This document shows, piece after piece, positions 63,952-64,000 of a stretch of DNA of 64,000 bases (positions within the stretch are counted from its first letter, which is position 1; each line of letters opens with the position of its first letter). Under the pieces are notes generated by a model. That model saw only the letters and a program-made list of their open reading frames with translations. It ran no database searches and was not told the DNA's origin. The position numbers and the translations under genes are program-made. The stretch is from Octopus vulgaris (Eukaryota), in contig OX597821.1 in NCBI GenBank assembly GCA_951406725.2, positions 49,352,001-49,416,000 of the forward strand. The letters run 5' to 3'.

Positions 63952-64000
63952 ACTTAATTGTTTTCCTCAATGATTGTAATTTGATCATTACTGCATAATT

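Overview
Eukaryotic, AT-rich, repeat-dense genomic DNA. The SINE, LINE and microsatellite complement looks like an octopod cephalopod; that is an inference, not verified. The window holds the 3' 16 coding exons of one plus-strand gene, TRAF7 (second half of the RING, zinc finger region, coiled coil, 7 WD40 repeats). The exons run from 2739 to the stop at 61257, join in frame through GT-AG introns (1563 nt, 520 aa plus stop), and are followed by a probable 3' UTR. The 5' exons lie upstream of the window. Introns are filled with decayed mobile DNA: R4/Dong-type RLE retrotransposons, two RTE-like LINE families, CR1-like LINEs, a Penelope-like element, a roughly 5.9 kb Helitron, non-autonomous Helitrons, a Gypsy 5' end, Tc1/mariner and piggyBac-type MITEs, tRNA-derived SINEs and satellites. 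Best leads: (i) a TSD-bounded RTE LINE with a twin-priming-type 5' inversion; (ii) arrays of constant-stem, variable-loop modules in an RTE 3' UTR; (iii) two minimal hammerhead ribozymes, both antisense to TRAF7; (iv) a Helitron carrying a Merlin/ISXO2-like transposase fragment; (v) an intron inside the Helitron RepHel gene; (vi) several inverted repeats able to form intronic or UTR dsRNA. No prokaryotic system or true CRISPR array is supported.
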